DNA of 63,674 bases, filler included, from Octopus bimaculoides (lineage: Eukaryota): assembly GCF_001194135.2 (NCBI RefSeq). It is 11 parts of 9 records of this genome, joined end to end, with 100 filler letters (N's around TTAATTAATTAA, not from the genome) between each part and the next. Parts side by side here need not be neighbours in the genome. Positions count along the whole stretch, not along the records: positions 37,362 to 41,665 come from NC_068988.1; positions 41,766 to 44,337 come from NC_068997.1; positions 44,438 to 47,056 come from NW_026369128.1; positions 47,157 to 53,981 come from NC_069003.1; 7 more parts are not named here. One strand, written 5' to 3'. The position numbers and the translations under genes are program-made. The notes beneath the pieces were generated by a model that was not told where the DNA came from, searched no databases, and was given only the letters and a program-made list of their open reading frames with translations. Shown piece by piece: positions 37,362 through 51,146 of the stretch (position 1 is the stretch's first letter; every line of letters begins with the position of its first letter).

Positions 37362-40300
37362 ATCATCATCATCATCATCATCATCATCATCGTTTAATGT
37401 CTGCTTTCCATGCTAGCATGGGTTGGACGGCAAGCTAGCATGGGCTGGACTGGCAAGCCAGGAGGCTGCACCAGGCGCCAACTTGATCTTGCAAGGTTTC
37501 TACAGCTGGATGCTCTTCCTAATGCCAACCAGTCTGAGAGTGTAGTGGGTGCATTGTATGTATCACCGGCAAGCATAGCATATTGCCCAATGATTGAAAG
37601 GTACTTTTTAATGGGCTGGTTATGCAACACTGGCATTGGCCATGGCTACGATCTCACTTGGCTTGCACAATGTACCACAAAAGGTCTCGGTGACTTGTCA
37701 TTTCCTCTGTGAGGCCCAACGTTTGAATATTGTGCTTCACCACTTCATCCCATGTCTTCCTGGGTCTACCTCTTCCACAGGTTCTCTCCACTGTTAGGGT
37801 GTGACACTTCTTCACACAGCTATCCTCATCCATACACAACACATGACCATACCAGCGTAGTTGTCTCATCTGATGCTTCTTATGTCCGACTTTTCTCTCT
37901 GTCATGCATGCACACTGACATTGCACATCCAGCAGAGCATACTAGCTTCATTTCTTTCAAGCCTATGCATGTCCTCAGCAGTCATGACCCATGTTTCACT
38001 GCTGTGTAGCATGGCTGTTCGCACACATGCATTATACGGTCTACCTTTCACTTTGACCAAGATGCCTTTTGTTACCAGCAGAGGTAGGAGCTCTTTCAAC
38101 CATTCCCAGACTATACTTATTCTATGCTCTCAAAGCATCTAGCCTCGCTACTGACTTGGTCACCTAGGTAATGGAAGCTATTAACTACTTATAGTTTTTT
38201 CCCCTGGTATGTGAACGAATCTGTTTTCTGTACATCTTCAGTGTTTATTGCACTTGTGCATCTGCTACACACAAAAACTATCTTTCCAGGTAACCTTCCT
38301 TTGATATTGCTGCACCTCTTATATGTCCATAGCTTACACTGGGTGCATCTTATTGAGTTTTTACCTATGCCTTTTCTACAGATTGAGCAGGGCCATATAC
38401 ATGAAGGGATTTATGATTTGTCTGCCTTCCTTCTTACAAAGACTTTGGTTTTTGCTAGGTTAACACTAAGGCCCTTCAATTCGAGACTTTGTTTCCACAT
38501 CTGAAACTTCTTCTTTAGTTCTGGTAGTGACTCAGCTATTAGAGCAAGGTTATCAGCATAGAGGATCTCCTAGGGGAAAACTACCTTGAATTCCTCTGTT
38601 ATTGCTTGGAGAACTATGATGAACAAGAGGGGACTGAGCACTGAACCTTGGTGAACCCCTACTTCAATCTGGAATTCTTCACTACACGCGTTACCAACCC
38701 TCACCTTACTGACAGCATTTCTGTACATGGCTTGTACAGCTCTCACCAACCACTCGTATATCCCTAGTTTCTGCATTGAACACCAGATAAGGGATCAGGG
38801 GTTCTCGTCAAAGGCTTTCTCCATGTCAACAAAAGCCAAGTACAAAGGTATATCTTTGGCTAAGAATTTCTCCTACAGCTGTCTTACCAGAAATATAGCA
38901 TGTGTGGTGTTTCTCCCTGGCACAAACCCAAACTGTATCTTATCTAAACTAACTCTCTCCCTAATTAGTTGGGCGATGTCCCTCTCCACAACTTTTATCA
39001 CCTGATCCAACAATTTGGTACCTCCGTAATTATTCCTATCTAATGCTTCACCTTTACCTTTGTAGCAGTTGACTATAGTGCTGCTACACCAGTCATTGGG
39101 TATGATTCCTTCATGTAGCACCTGGTTGACTACATGGGTGACTAGACTATAGTCTACACTGCCAGAAATTTTAAGTATCTCAGCAGTGATTCCTGATGGG
39201 CCGGGGGGCTTTCCTTGTCTACCAAGGTACTGTCAATTCAAATAGCTGTTGGGTCACCATTTGGCAAACCTCTCTTTCATGCATTCATTCTCTTTATTTA
39301 GAAACCTTACATAGTGGTGTCTCCTAGTCTCTTTCTTTGCAGCATCATAAAATGCAAATGCACCATCTTCCATGTGGACACATTTCTCTCCTATGACATC
39401 ATGATTCTCTCACACACACTGTCTTGCAATATAAAACATTTCAAGTTCTTGGTCCTCACAACGCAGAACATTGGCAAATTTTTTCTTATCTGCTTTCTCT
39501 CTGGCTAAGTAAACCTGTCTCCTAGCTTCCCTTCTGGTTATCTGTTACAGTTCCCTGCTATCACCACACTTCCAGTCCTTCCATGCCTGTTTCTTTTCCT
39601 TAATAACCATGTCAACTATATTGTTCCACCACCATGTCACCTTAAGTTGAGAAGAGACTTTGCACTAGCCACAGATATGACCAGTAGCCCTCAACAGGTT
39701 GTCCCATAGGAACCTCTAGTTGTCCTCCACATTATGCGATCTATATCCTCCTCTTTTTCATGAAAAGCTTCAAGTAATACGTCTCTAAATTTCTGTCCAT
39801 TCAGAGGATCCATAAGCTTTCAGACCCTTCTTTTCCTCGCTGGTTGTCTTCTGAGCAGCCATTTAGTTCTGATCATGAAATTGCTAACTATTAACCTATG
39901 TTGTAGGGTGCATTCTTCATTTGGGAAAGTTTTGGCATTTATAAGTAGCCATCTTTCTTGTCCCCTGGTGAGATTGTAGTCAATCTGACTAGTGTGCTCA
40001 CTAGACTGGTAGGTGAACAGGTGACTGGCAGTTTTCCTGAAGTTAGCATTATAGATCATAAGATCATTTGCATCACAGAATTCCAGCAGCCTGGTTCCCT
40101 CCTCATTGCAGGAACCAAATCCATTGCCACCATGCACACCATGGAAGCTCCCTGAATGTTGTCTAATATGCCCATTGAAATCACCAGCCACAAAGAGAAG
40201 TTCCCTGTCATTCGTCAAGGAGTTAATCTGCAAGAGGGTATCATAAAATCAGTCTTTCTGTTCATCAGGTAGCTCTGACTGAGGGACATAAGCTGAGATA

Positions 40301-40640
40301 ATGGTAGCTAATCCATGTTGCAGGACTAATCTAAGCCTAAGTATTCTATGACAGACTCTGACTACCTCGATTACCTTATTAACCCAATTCTCCATAAGGA
40401 TTATACCCACGCCCCCAACCTCATTAGTGTTCCCTGCCCAGAAAATCTTATATCTATATTCTTTGCCTATGAGGAACCTAACAGAACTTCCTCTCCACCT
40501 TACTTCTTGGATGCAGCACAAATGTACATGTCTCCGTTCAAACATCTCAACAATCTCACCAGACCTACTTTTCAATGTGCCAACATTAAGTGTGTGAACT
40601 CTGAGGGTGTGGAAGGTGTGGGTCAGTGCGACCCTGGGAT
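37362..40640 (-). mobile_element. Near full-length but degenerate RTE-clade LINE (APE + RT + 3' UTR + GAT tail)
   Basis: TLNVGTLK...CCIQEVRWRG and VAGDFNGH...QIDY (APE); NDWCSSTIVNCYKGKG, QFGFVPG, VGVHQGSVLSPLLFIIVL (RT); QLRWYGHV...GRGRPRKTW (C-term). Broken into many short ORFs. Confidence 0.95.
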
Positions 40641-40758
40641 GGGAGACAGCAGTATTACGCATCTGAAAAGAAAGCTTACATTTAGCAGATCTCGAAATCA
40701 TACAAATAGGTTTCAACTTGCATACACTACACCATAATTTTATTCGCTACGTAATCAC

Positions 40759-41665
40759 TTTCTTGACATTTCGGTCAGCATCCATCACTCCACTCTTAGC
40801 ACCTCCATCCACTACAAACACAGAGACTCACATTCTTATCTTAACTTCTCCTCCTCCCACCCTAAACACACCAAGCTTTCCATCCCCTATTCCCAATTCC
40901 TCCGTCTACGCAGGCTCTGTAGTGACAGCCATAACTTTGAGACTCAGTCTCAACTCATAGCTCACCACTTCAGCCTACGTGGATATCCACCCACCACTAT
41001 CCACACTGCCCTTGCCAGAGCACGTTCNNNNNNNNNNNNNNNNNNNNNNNNNNNNNNNNNNNNNNNNNNNNNNNNNNNNNNNNNNNNNNNNNNNNNNNNN
41101 NNNNNNNNNNNNNNNNNNNNNNNNNNNNNNNNNNNNNNNNNNNNNNNNNNNNNNNNNGAGCCCATAACCTACGAGCCCTCTTGGTCCACAGCTTCTTCCC
41201 CAACCCAACCTCCCAACCTGGCTCGTTCCCTTGCTCCCGCCCACGCTGCCGCACTTGCCATTACCTCTCCAGCACCACCCTCCTCACCAGCACCCATCAC
41301 CGACCCTATCGCATCACCGACTCCTTCACCTGCACTTCTACCAACATCATCTATTGCATCTCCTGCTCTCTCTGGCATTCTCTGTACATCGGACAAATGG
41401 GGTGCCGCCTGGCCAACCGATTCACGGAACACCTCCAAGACATCAACGTTTGCAATGACACCCCGGTGTCATGCCATTTCCGCTCTGCTTGTCACTCCTT
41501 GCAGCAACACCTGTCCATGTTTGGATTGCGCCGTGAACAGGGATTAATCTTCTCTCTTCACTCCTTTGCGCCACATAGGCTCAACTCCCTTCTTCATCTA
41601 ACCCCCTCCCTTCCTCCCTCCCTCCTACCACCCACCTCTCCTCTCCTCCCTCCCACCCACCTTTC
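40759..41665 (+). mobile_element. Penelope-like element fragment: RT C-terminal/thumb region and GIY-YIG endonuclease
   Basis: Met-less open frame FLDISVS...TSIHYKHRDSHSYLNFSSSHPKHTKLSIPYSQFLRLRRLCS (40759-41027), then FTCTSTNIIYCISC...LYIGQMGCRLANRFTEH. Confidence 0.92.
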
Positions 41666-43859
41666 NNNNNNNNNNNNNNNNNNNNNNNNNNNNNNNNNNN
41701 NNNNNNNNNTTAATTAATTAANNNNNNNNNNNNNNNNNNNNNNNNNNNNNNNNNNNNNNNNNNNNATAAATAAGAAACAGTTTTTCGCAAACAACATGAA
41801 ATTTTCTTTCGTCTTTCCTTATCAACCAGACTATCGGATGATCTTTCACACCGCTGGTCACAATGCACTTCTTTGTGGTTTTCGAAGGACACTCTGTGCT
41901 GGCCAACATTCTCCTTGAACGAAACGCCAGTCCGTCGCATAGTTTACAGCCTAGCGGTATTTCGTCTGTCTTTATATTCTGAGTTCAAATTCCGCCGAGG
42001 TCGACTTTACCTTTCATCCTTTCGGGGTCGATAAATTAAGTACCAGTTGCGTACTGGGGTCGATGTAATCGACTGTCCCCTCTCTCCCAAAATTTCGGGC
42101 CTTGTGCCTAGAGTAGAAAAGATTATTTTTGTTCGAAAGAAATATATAATTGGCGAAAAATACTGAGGAAAGAAACGCATAATTTAATGGAATATTTTTG
42201 AAGTCTTGTTTAATTATGTTTTGTGGCACAGACTAGTCTCTTTCATTGTATTGAGTCTGTTTTACATAGTATACTCGAAGACATTACTGGTATTTAGTTT
42301 AAAAATCGAAAGTATGGAAGGAAACATCCTCGTATGAATTCAGATACTCTAAAGAATTTCACTCTATGTTCGACGATTCCTGTAACTTTGCGTTTTTAAA
42401 TGTACCAAATATTGATTTCTTGTATGCTCAAGTCTTCAAATATGGGTGTAGGGTTTGGGTATGATCGATTATATCGACCTCAGTTCCTGGCTAGTATTTA
42501 TTTTTAACAAACTCGGAAGGGTGATAGGCAAAGTTGATACCCTCGGAATTTGAACTCACAACCTAAAGGGCTGTAATTAAATACCGCAAGACATTTTGTT
42601 CGACGCTCTAACGATTCTGCCAAACCATCGAAGATGTCAGTGTATCAAGACATTAATTATATCAAATAATTATTAAGAAGAATGGGAACAATGACCGAGT
42701 GAATGTAGTTCATTGCATTTCTCTTTGAACAATGTTGTCTTTTCAATTAGATTTTTATTAGCTGGAGAGAGTTCATCGTCTAATTATTTAATATGAAACA
42801 ACAGTTTTTATGGTTTGTTAGATATCCTTTTATGTTCAGCGGCAAAAATATCCAAGAAAATACAGTCGATCGTTTTATAGTCTTTTCTTCCGGGGTAAAA
42901 ACAAAAAAAAAACAACAAAAATCATCTGAAAGTTATTTTTCCCTCGCTGGTCATAGACCTACTTTCACCATGCAAACTGATTCTTCCTAGCATTCACACC
43001 GCCACTGCCTTTCCTCAAAGCATTCAAAACACAATACAAACCAAACATTAACCAACTGATTTCACCCAATTATCACATCCTTCAATATAAAGGAACAAAA
43101 ACTGTAAAATTATTCTTTGGAATAACAAATAAATCGCATAATATTTTGAAATGCCTTTATGTATTTATGCCATATTGATCACCAATGCATCTTCCGGTTC
43201 ATTGATCACAACCAAACAAAGTATAAATTAATGGTTTATGCTCTGGTGATTCCTATAATAGCTTGCAATATTGTTTAGTTATCACCCATTCATTTTGTTT
43301 ATCATTAATATAGTTTTATAAGAAAGGCGGAAGTTAGTTGTAATTGTAGTGTGCCATTTCTTTCTGTTGATCTAACAGACCCGTAAATGACAGTTATTGG
43401 CGGAAAAAGGTCTTAATAAGGCGCTTGCCTGGAATTGTCACCGTTTTTGACAAAGACCAGACTAGACTTCCTTTCACCGCATTACCTATTTCCCGGTTTT
43501 AATAAACTGGAACTCTGATACTTCAACACACAATAATTGTTTATGGATTTTGTTTTAGAGTTGTCGCCTTTCTTTATTCCGCTCGTTCCTCAACAATATT
43601 CCTCTCTCCTCACTGTCCGTATGATCAAAATAATTCATTAGTTTTAACCGGCTCGCCCTATTGCTCGTATTAACAACTATTTCATTTTAAATTATTTAAT
43701 CTGACGTCCTACCATTTCTCCCATTTTTCACATTTCCCTACTTTTCATTTCTTCCAACGATAGAATAACGTTTTTGTTAATTAAACTTTCCCACCTTTTG
43801 ACAAAGCTACACCATGTTTCAGCTACGACAATAGTCTAGTGCTGTTTTATGTATATATT

Positions 43860-43895
<36 letters not shown>

Positions 43896-43916
43896 AGTTT
43901 AGATAGATAGATAGAT

Positions 43917-44147
43917 AAAATCAAAATAAGCAATAAGGATATCCAGAAGTAATGCAGTACGATCGTTTCACGCAACATTGTTCAATGAAATGGAGTTGCG
44001 TGAAACGATCGTACTGCATTACCTCTGGATATCCTTGTTGCTTATTTTGATTTTAATCACCTTATTTTGAAATTGTATGAGTAATACCGCACTAAATTTC
44101 TGGTGCCTTAACCTAAGTACCATATTCATCTGAATCTAAATTTTTGC

Positions 44148-44148
<1 letters not shown>
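43917..44148. mobile_element. Foldback element copy 1: 60-bp inverted arms, 18-nt loop, ~95-bp one-sided extension
   Basis: Arms 43917-43976 and 43995-44054 differ at 2 positions; flanked by (AGAT)n on both sides. Confidence 0.8.
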
Positions 44149-44190
<42 letters not shown>

Positions 44191-44654
44191 GTTTCTTTAT
44201 TAGCCACACAGGGCTCAACACAGAGGGGACAAAATACAAATGTAGAGTTTTTCTTTTCGAGGGGGTCGAAAACAAAGCAGAAAAAAAAACAAAAGTGGGG
44301 ACAACGATGAAAAAAAAACATCGCAAAACGTTTGGGGNNNNNNNNNNNNNNNNNNNNNNNNNNNNNNNNNNNNNNNNNNNNTTAATTAATTAANNNNNNN
44401 NNNNNNNNNNNNNNNNNNNNNNNNNNNNNNNNNNNNNTTTTTTTTTTGTAGTGTGTTTAGTTGTGTGCTTGTACTGTCTGCGGGAAAAAAAACTTTTTTT
44501 CTTTTTTTTTGAAAACCCACCTTGACGTGCTGAAAGAAAATGGAAAATAACAGTCAGTAAGAAAGAAAAAACGTCTGTGTCAGCTTGGTACAATGTGAGT
44601 TTGTATAGTCGGAAATGCTAATAGAGTCAATATCTCACTGTGAAATTGTTCAAA

Positions 44655-45151
44655 AAGTCGTTATGATGATGGCGTCGGCGGCCGGAAACTCGTGTTGCTT
44701 ATACCACTGATGATGCTGATCAGTCCAGATCGTCGTGGCTGCAGTTGTTCCTTAGTCGGGGTCACCACTTTAGGAGAGTGGGTTATATATCTTTAGATAT
44801 ACACCTAACTTTCCTACATTAAATTGGAAGAGAACTGAACGCAGAAACTCCAAACTGATCAACAACAACAAATATTTATTGTACGGTGGAAAATAAAACA
44901 GCTTCTAATTGTCCGGTTTTAGAGTAGCCTGAAATGTAGATGTACGGTTCTTCGAGCTGGTATGGTTATAGAGACAACTTGGTTCAACCACACTCAAATG
45001 GGAGAGCTTGCTTAGACGTCTTGCTTGGTCGCTGTCAGGCTTGGTAAGAGACAGTCTAATAGCGGAACGCTTCGATGTTGAAACCCACGCATGCGTGGTT
45101 AAGGATTCAGCAATGGCGTCGGCCTTTTGGCGCCAATATGACGTCACTACA
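44655..45151 (-). mobile_element. Second Gypsy-type LTR (44768-45151) + tRNA-Trp PBS (44755-44767) + short internal stub
   Basis: Minus strand starts TGTAGTGACG, has AATAAA (44875-44880), and ends ATAACCCACTCTCCTAAAG followed by TGGTGACCCCGAC, nearly identical to the junction at 1423-1456. Confidence 0.75.
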
Positions 45152-45568
45152 GTAGCTACCTCACTTGCTATGCTGTACCGAGCAAGGTGGATGGATTGGC
45201 TTTTACAGAATTGATTTGCAACACATAGATCGTCACATGTGGTTTGTCAGATGTGACTCAACAAATAACAGCAGAGATGAAATATTACTGTTCAGAAAGT
45301 AAATAAACAAAGATCCCTGTGCTGCAGCATGTATCATGTTGTTAATTTATTATATTTTGTACATTTGAAACAAATCTAATGCATAGAAATAAATAAATAT
45401 TAGGCACAGTCATTGGCTGTGTGGTAAGAATATTGCTTCCCAAATACACTGTTCCAGGTTCAGTCCCACTGCGTGGCACCTTGGGCAAGTGTATTATACT
45501 ATAGCCTCAGGCTGACTAAAGGCTTCTCAGTGGATTTGGTAGACGGAAACTGAAAGAAGCCTGTTGTA

Positions 45569-45667
<99 letters not shown>

Positions 45668-46729
45668 CTGTTCCCCACCACCACTTGACAATCGGTGTTG
45701 GTGTGTTTTTGTCCCTGTAACTTAGTATTTCAGCTAAAGAGACCAACGGAATAAGTATTAGGCTTAAAAAAAAGATCTGGGGTTGATTAGTTTGACTGAA
45801 ACCCTTCAAGGTGGTGCCCCAGCATGGCCAAAGTCAAATGACTGAAACAAGTAAAAGATTATAGAATAAATTAAATATGGTCAATGATGTAACAATTGTA
45901 ATGTAATCCAGAGTAGGCAATATAAGAAATAAGACATTATATATTTGCTTAATCACCAGAGTGACCCAGTGGATGCTTTCTGGGGCACATTACCCAGATG
46001 TTCATAGATTAAAATATGCTTTGAGAAGAAATGGATCACAACTGAGATGTCTACAAATATTCTGACCATATACATGTATGTAAACCAACAGGGGAAGTTA
46101 CAAGATGTATTATGTAATAGGGATCTATATAGAGGTCAAAGGGCCATCAAAAGACCAGAATATGTCAAGACCCAAGATACATAATGAGCAGAGATAACAG
46201 CAACAGGTACTTATCATTTTGTATATAAGATTTGTAAACATATCTAATCAATTACATAAAATATAGAAATGATGCTTTTACTTTACCTATTGAAACAGCT
46301 GTAGGGAAGAAAATTATGAAACATCTGCCAAATGTCTGCTCTTTTACTGTTCTAAATACATATACATATAACATACATTACATACACATATGTAGATATG
46401 CACACATTATGGCATAGTCCAAGAAAAACGGATTTGCAATTTCTTACTGATCAACCTGCACAAATGATTTGTTTTATAGCAATCAAATGTATGTGTTGTA
46501 CATTAGCACATTCCCTCCATGAAACTGGCATTGCCTGAACAGGTAAACAGGTACCAAATGACAGGTGACAAAGTGATTGCAGAGCAATGTGAGATGAAGG
46601 TTTTAACTCAAGATCACCCTGTCCAAGAATTGAAACAATGATCTCATGATTATGACTGCAACACCCTAACCACTAGGCCATGTGCCCTTGATACAAGCAG
46701 ATATATATATACATACTCATATATATATA

Positions 46730-46765
46730 TACTAGCAGAGGCACCCGGCATTGCTCGGGAATGAA
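46730..46765 (+). mobile_element. Possible Helitron/Helentron-type terminus
   Basis: ATACTAGCAG...CCCGGCATTGCTCGGG short stem-loop after an (AT)n tract; single copy here. Confidence 0.35.
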
Positions 46766-47156
46766 ATTGTTGCTTATATACTTGAAGAAAAAAAAGCAAA
46801 ATATGCTGTATAGAAATTTGAGGACATTCTGTAGATGGACTCTCAGATGAATGATGGCTGGGCGCCTCTCATGAATGGGGAAAATTGAAGATGTGCCAAA
46901 AAGCCTCATTGGTACTTGGAAACTTTTACGAAAATTAAAATGGGGATCGTTGCCAGTGCCCCTGGACTGGCTCTTGTGCGGGTGGCACATAAAATACACC
47001 ATTTCGAGCGTGACTGTTGCCAGTACCGCCTGACTGGCCTTCGTGCGGGTGACACGNNNNNNNNNNNNNNNNNNNNNNNNNNNNNNNNNNNNNNNNNNNN
47101 TTAATTAATTAANNNNNNNNNNNNNNNNNNNNNNNNNNNNNNNNNNNNNNNNNNNN

Positions 47157-47175
47157 GACGACGATAATGATAATG

Positions 47176-47207
<32 letters not shown>

Positions 47208-47348
47208 GATGATGATGATGACGATGACGATGACGATGACGACGGTGATGATGATGATGATGATGATGTTGATGATGATGACGACGATGGTGGTGATGGT
47301 GGTGATGATAATAATGACGACGACGACAATGATGATGAGAATGATGAT

Positions 47349-47417
<69 letters not shown>

Positions 47418-47495
47418 GACAACAACAACAACAACGCCGACGACGACGACGACCACAACAACAACGGCAGCAGCAACAACAACACCAACAACAAC
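47157..47495. repeat. Compound trinucleotide tract (GAT/GAC/AAT/AAC)n
   Basis: Direct; source of the poly-M/I/H/L pseudo-ORFs. Confidence 0.95.
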
Positions 47496-48039
47496 AGTAT
47501 AACAAAAGCCAGTCTTCTCCACGAAACAAAACAAACTTCAAAGGGCAACTTTATCAGCCATTTTTTGGTGTTTTTTTAACGATTGTCCCATACAGAACGG
47601 CGAATTACTTGCATATGTACAAGATATAGAAAATCCGGTGGGGCGGGGGCAGGAGGGCACTGGGCAAATTCTTGTTGTTGCTTTTGTTGTTGTTGTTTAG
47701 CCCCAGGATGGTCCTAAACGAACAGACAGGCCCTAATGATCAAAAGCAATTTCGGTACGAATCACTCCCTTCCATCTTTATTCCTTTTTATCTTTTACTT
47801 CTCTTTTTTTTTTTTTGTTGTTATTATTGCTTTTTGTTTGTTTTCAGACCTTAATGTACCTAGGATTACATTATCTAATGTGCCGTTTTATTGAGATATT
47901 TAATGTGTGCGTAATGTCTGATTTGGATTCAGTTTTAGCTCTTGTTTCCAGGAGTTTGGCTGCCCCCCCACCCCCCACCCCCGCTGGAGGGGATTGGTTC
48001 ATTATTTGACTCGTATCGTCATCGTTGTTGTTGTTATTC

Positions 48040-48141
<102 letters not shown>

Positions 48142-48143
48142 GG

Positions 48144-48174
<31 letters not shown>

Positions 48175-48216
48175 ATAGATAGATAGATAGATAGATTGAT
48201 TGATTGATAGATAGAC

Positions 48217-48254
<38 letters not shown>

Positions 48255-48281
48255 GTAGGTAGGTAGATAGATAGAGAGAGA

Positions 48282-48368
<87 letters not shown>

Positions 48369-49639
48369 GGACGGACGGACGAGCAGACAGACAGACAGAC
48401 AGACAGATAAACATATGGATGGTTGGATGGATGGGTGAATGGATGGATGGATTAGAGGACTATCGATAGATGTATATATATTAAAAGAATGAAAAATATG
48501 CGAACTAATTGATAACCACATATGCGCGCGCGCGCAGAGTCAGAGAGGGCGATATGGAAGGTGAGACAAACAGACAAATGAATATTAGTTATCTAATAAG
48601 TGAAGATGATTGGTTGTTTGGCATGCAAGGTCGGTTCGGACATGGCCTCACATGATGGGAAAACAGCAAAAACAACATTCATTGGCTGCAGTGTAGAATT
48701 ACAAATCACACACTGGCAGAGGTCATTTAGTGCAACACTGGATACCATCGCGCTTGTGTGTGTGTGTGTGTGTGTGTGTTTCTGTGAGTGTGTGTTTGTA
48801 CTTGCATGTATGTATGAGTGTGTGTGTGTGTGTGTGTGTGTGTGCGTTTGTATGCTTCCGTGTGCGCATGTGTATATGCATGTGTGTATGCATATGTGAC
48901 TGCATGTGTGTGTGTATGTGTGTGTGCACGTGAGTCCGCATGTGTGTGCGTGTGTGTATGTACGCTTGTGTTTCTGAGTGTGTTTATGCATGTACGTGTG
49001 TGAGAGTGTGTGTGTGTGTATGTGTGTGCGTTTATATGCTAACGCGTGCGTATGTGTGTATGCATGTGTGTATGCATATGTGACCGCATGTGTATGTGTG
49101 TGTGTCTGTGTCTGTGTGTGTATGCACATGAGTCCGCATGTGTGTGCGTGTGTGTATGTATGAATTGTGTTTCTGAGTGTGTTCATGCATGCACTTGTGT
49201 GAGAGTGTGTGTGTGTATATGTGCGTGTGCGTGGATACGTGTACGCATATGTTTATGCATGCGTGTATGCGTTTGTGTATACACTGTGTCTTCATGTATG
49301 TGTATGTGTGCATGCATATATTTGTTTACATTTTGTACGTTTGCGGCCGGAAGTATCGGTGACAAGACAACGATAGAGATTGTACGAGATCGCTGGTCTT
49401 GTTTCAAATTTCGCTTGAATCACACATTTCCATCACTGCGGGGATGTAAGTATTGGATATAGCCCAGTAATTCACATAAGAGAATGGATGAACAACCCGT
49501 CTTTCACTCCGGAGGAGAGAAGCCAGTGAGTATTGCAAAGCAGAGATGGCAAAGAACAAACTGCCATCTTTAATAAAAGTAAGATGAGGAGGAAGTGGGA
49601 AAAAAGAGCGAAATTTTAATTTCGTTTTTTTGTTTATCG

Positions 49640-50480
49640 TCACCTGTGCTCATGAAAGTTTGGCAATGACCGAAAGTGTGCGATCGCGAATAGAAGCGAA
49701 CGAAATAGGATTCTTTCGAAAGATCTCTGGAGTCACATTACTCGACTTGGTGCGTATAACGGAAATCAGGGTGTCTTTCTCCAGGTCAGAGCCCTACTTC
49801 TCCGCATTGAGAGCTCGCAACTCCGGTCCTACGGACATGTTATGAGATTANNNNNNNNNNNNNNNNNNNNNNNNNNNNNNNNNNNNNNNNNNNNNNNNNN
49901 NNNNNNNNNNNNNNNNNNNNNNNNNNNNNNNNNNNNNNNNNNNNNNNNNNNNNNNNNNNNNNNNNNNNNNNNNNNNNNNNNNNNNNNNNNNNNNNNNNNN
50001 NNNNNNNNNNNNNNNNNNNNNNNNNNNNNNNNNNNNNNNNNNNNNNNNNNNNNNNNNNNNNNNNNNNNNNNNNNNNNNNNNNNNNNNNNNNNNNNNNNNN
50101 NNNNNNNNNNNNNNNNNNNNNNNNNGGCGCTGGACAAAATGCTTAGCGGCGTTTCTTCCGGTTTTATATTCTGAATCCAAATGCCGCCGGGGTCGACTAA
50201 ATAAAATAAGTACCCGTTGAGTACTAGGGTCGATGTAATCGACATATCCCCTCTTCAGAAATTGCTGGCCTTGTGCGAAAATTTGAAACCAATTTGAAAG
50301 CCAAAATCCACGTTTCAGTTTCTCACGTTTTGGATATCCAGGAACAAAGTGTAATGCTGGTTGGTTCTGGGAGAACCCTGAGGAGAAGTTACCTGGCGAT
50401 CCAACCTCCACGACCAGCAGGAGACCTAGGGGTAAACGAAGAGTGAGATGGTTCGATGATTTCCATCGTCTCAGCTTGTC
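49640..50480 (+). mobile_element. Rex3/Expander-like RTE C-terminal fragment split by an N gap and a SINE
   Basis: ESLAMTESVRSRIEANEIGFFRKISGVTLLD (49653-49750) and RRPRGKRRVRWFDD (~50420-50460). Confidence 0.7.
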
Positions 50481-50794
50481 TCAACTTCTCAACTTCTATG
50501 GAGGAAATGCCTGAGGACTCTGCATTCGGAATCAGTAAAAGAATTAGTGCCAGACCAAGAACGGAAGGGTTCGATAATGTCCATGTATGTATGCATGTGT
50601 GTGCGTATATATATGTATGTGCGTGTTCGTGTGAATACATATGTGTGTGCATGTGTATATCCATGTATGTATATGTGACCGCATGTGTGTATGTGTGTGT
50701 TTGTGTGTGTGTGTGTGTGTGAGTGTGTATGAATACTGATCATTCACCACATTTGTTCTTCGACTTTATTTTTCTTGCTTTTATATTCTTTTAT

Positions 50795-51146
50795 ATCAAA
50801 ATAAGCAACTGGGATATCCAGAGGTAATGCAGTACGACCGTTTCAAGCAACTCTATTTAATTGAACAATGCAATCATTACATCAATTTGAATGCAGAGCA
50901 ATCCTCAGCTGCATAAAGACTTAGCATTTAATTAAATTAAAACAGATGGACACATCAGTATAATTTTACCTAATATCTCCAAGAAGATAAGAACATGGTT
51001 GAAACGATCGTACTGCATTACCTTTGGATATCTTTGCTGCTTATTTTGATTTTAATGACCTTATTTTGAAATTGTACGGATAATACCGTACTAAATTCTT
51101 GTGCCTCAACTCAAGTACCATATTCATCTGAATCTAAATTTTTGCT
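50795..51146. mobile_element. Foldback element copy 2: same arms and extension, ~147-bp spacer
   Basis: Arms ~50795-50851 and ~50999-51053; extension ends GAATCTAAATTTTTGCT as in copy 1. Confidence 0.8.

Noticed and set aside
47101-47548. Poly-His/Leu/Ile/Met ORFs
   Set aside because: Translations of trinucleotide microsatellites that end at the artificial TTAATTAATTAA marker.
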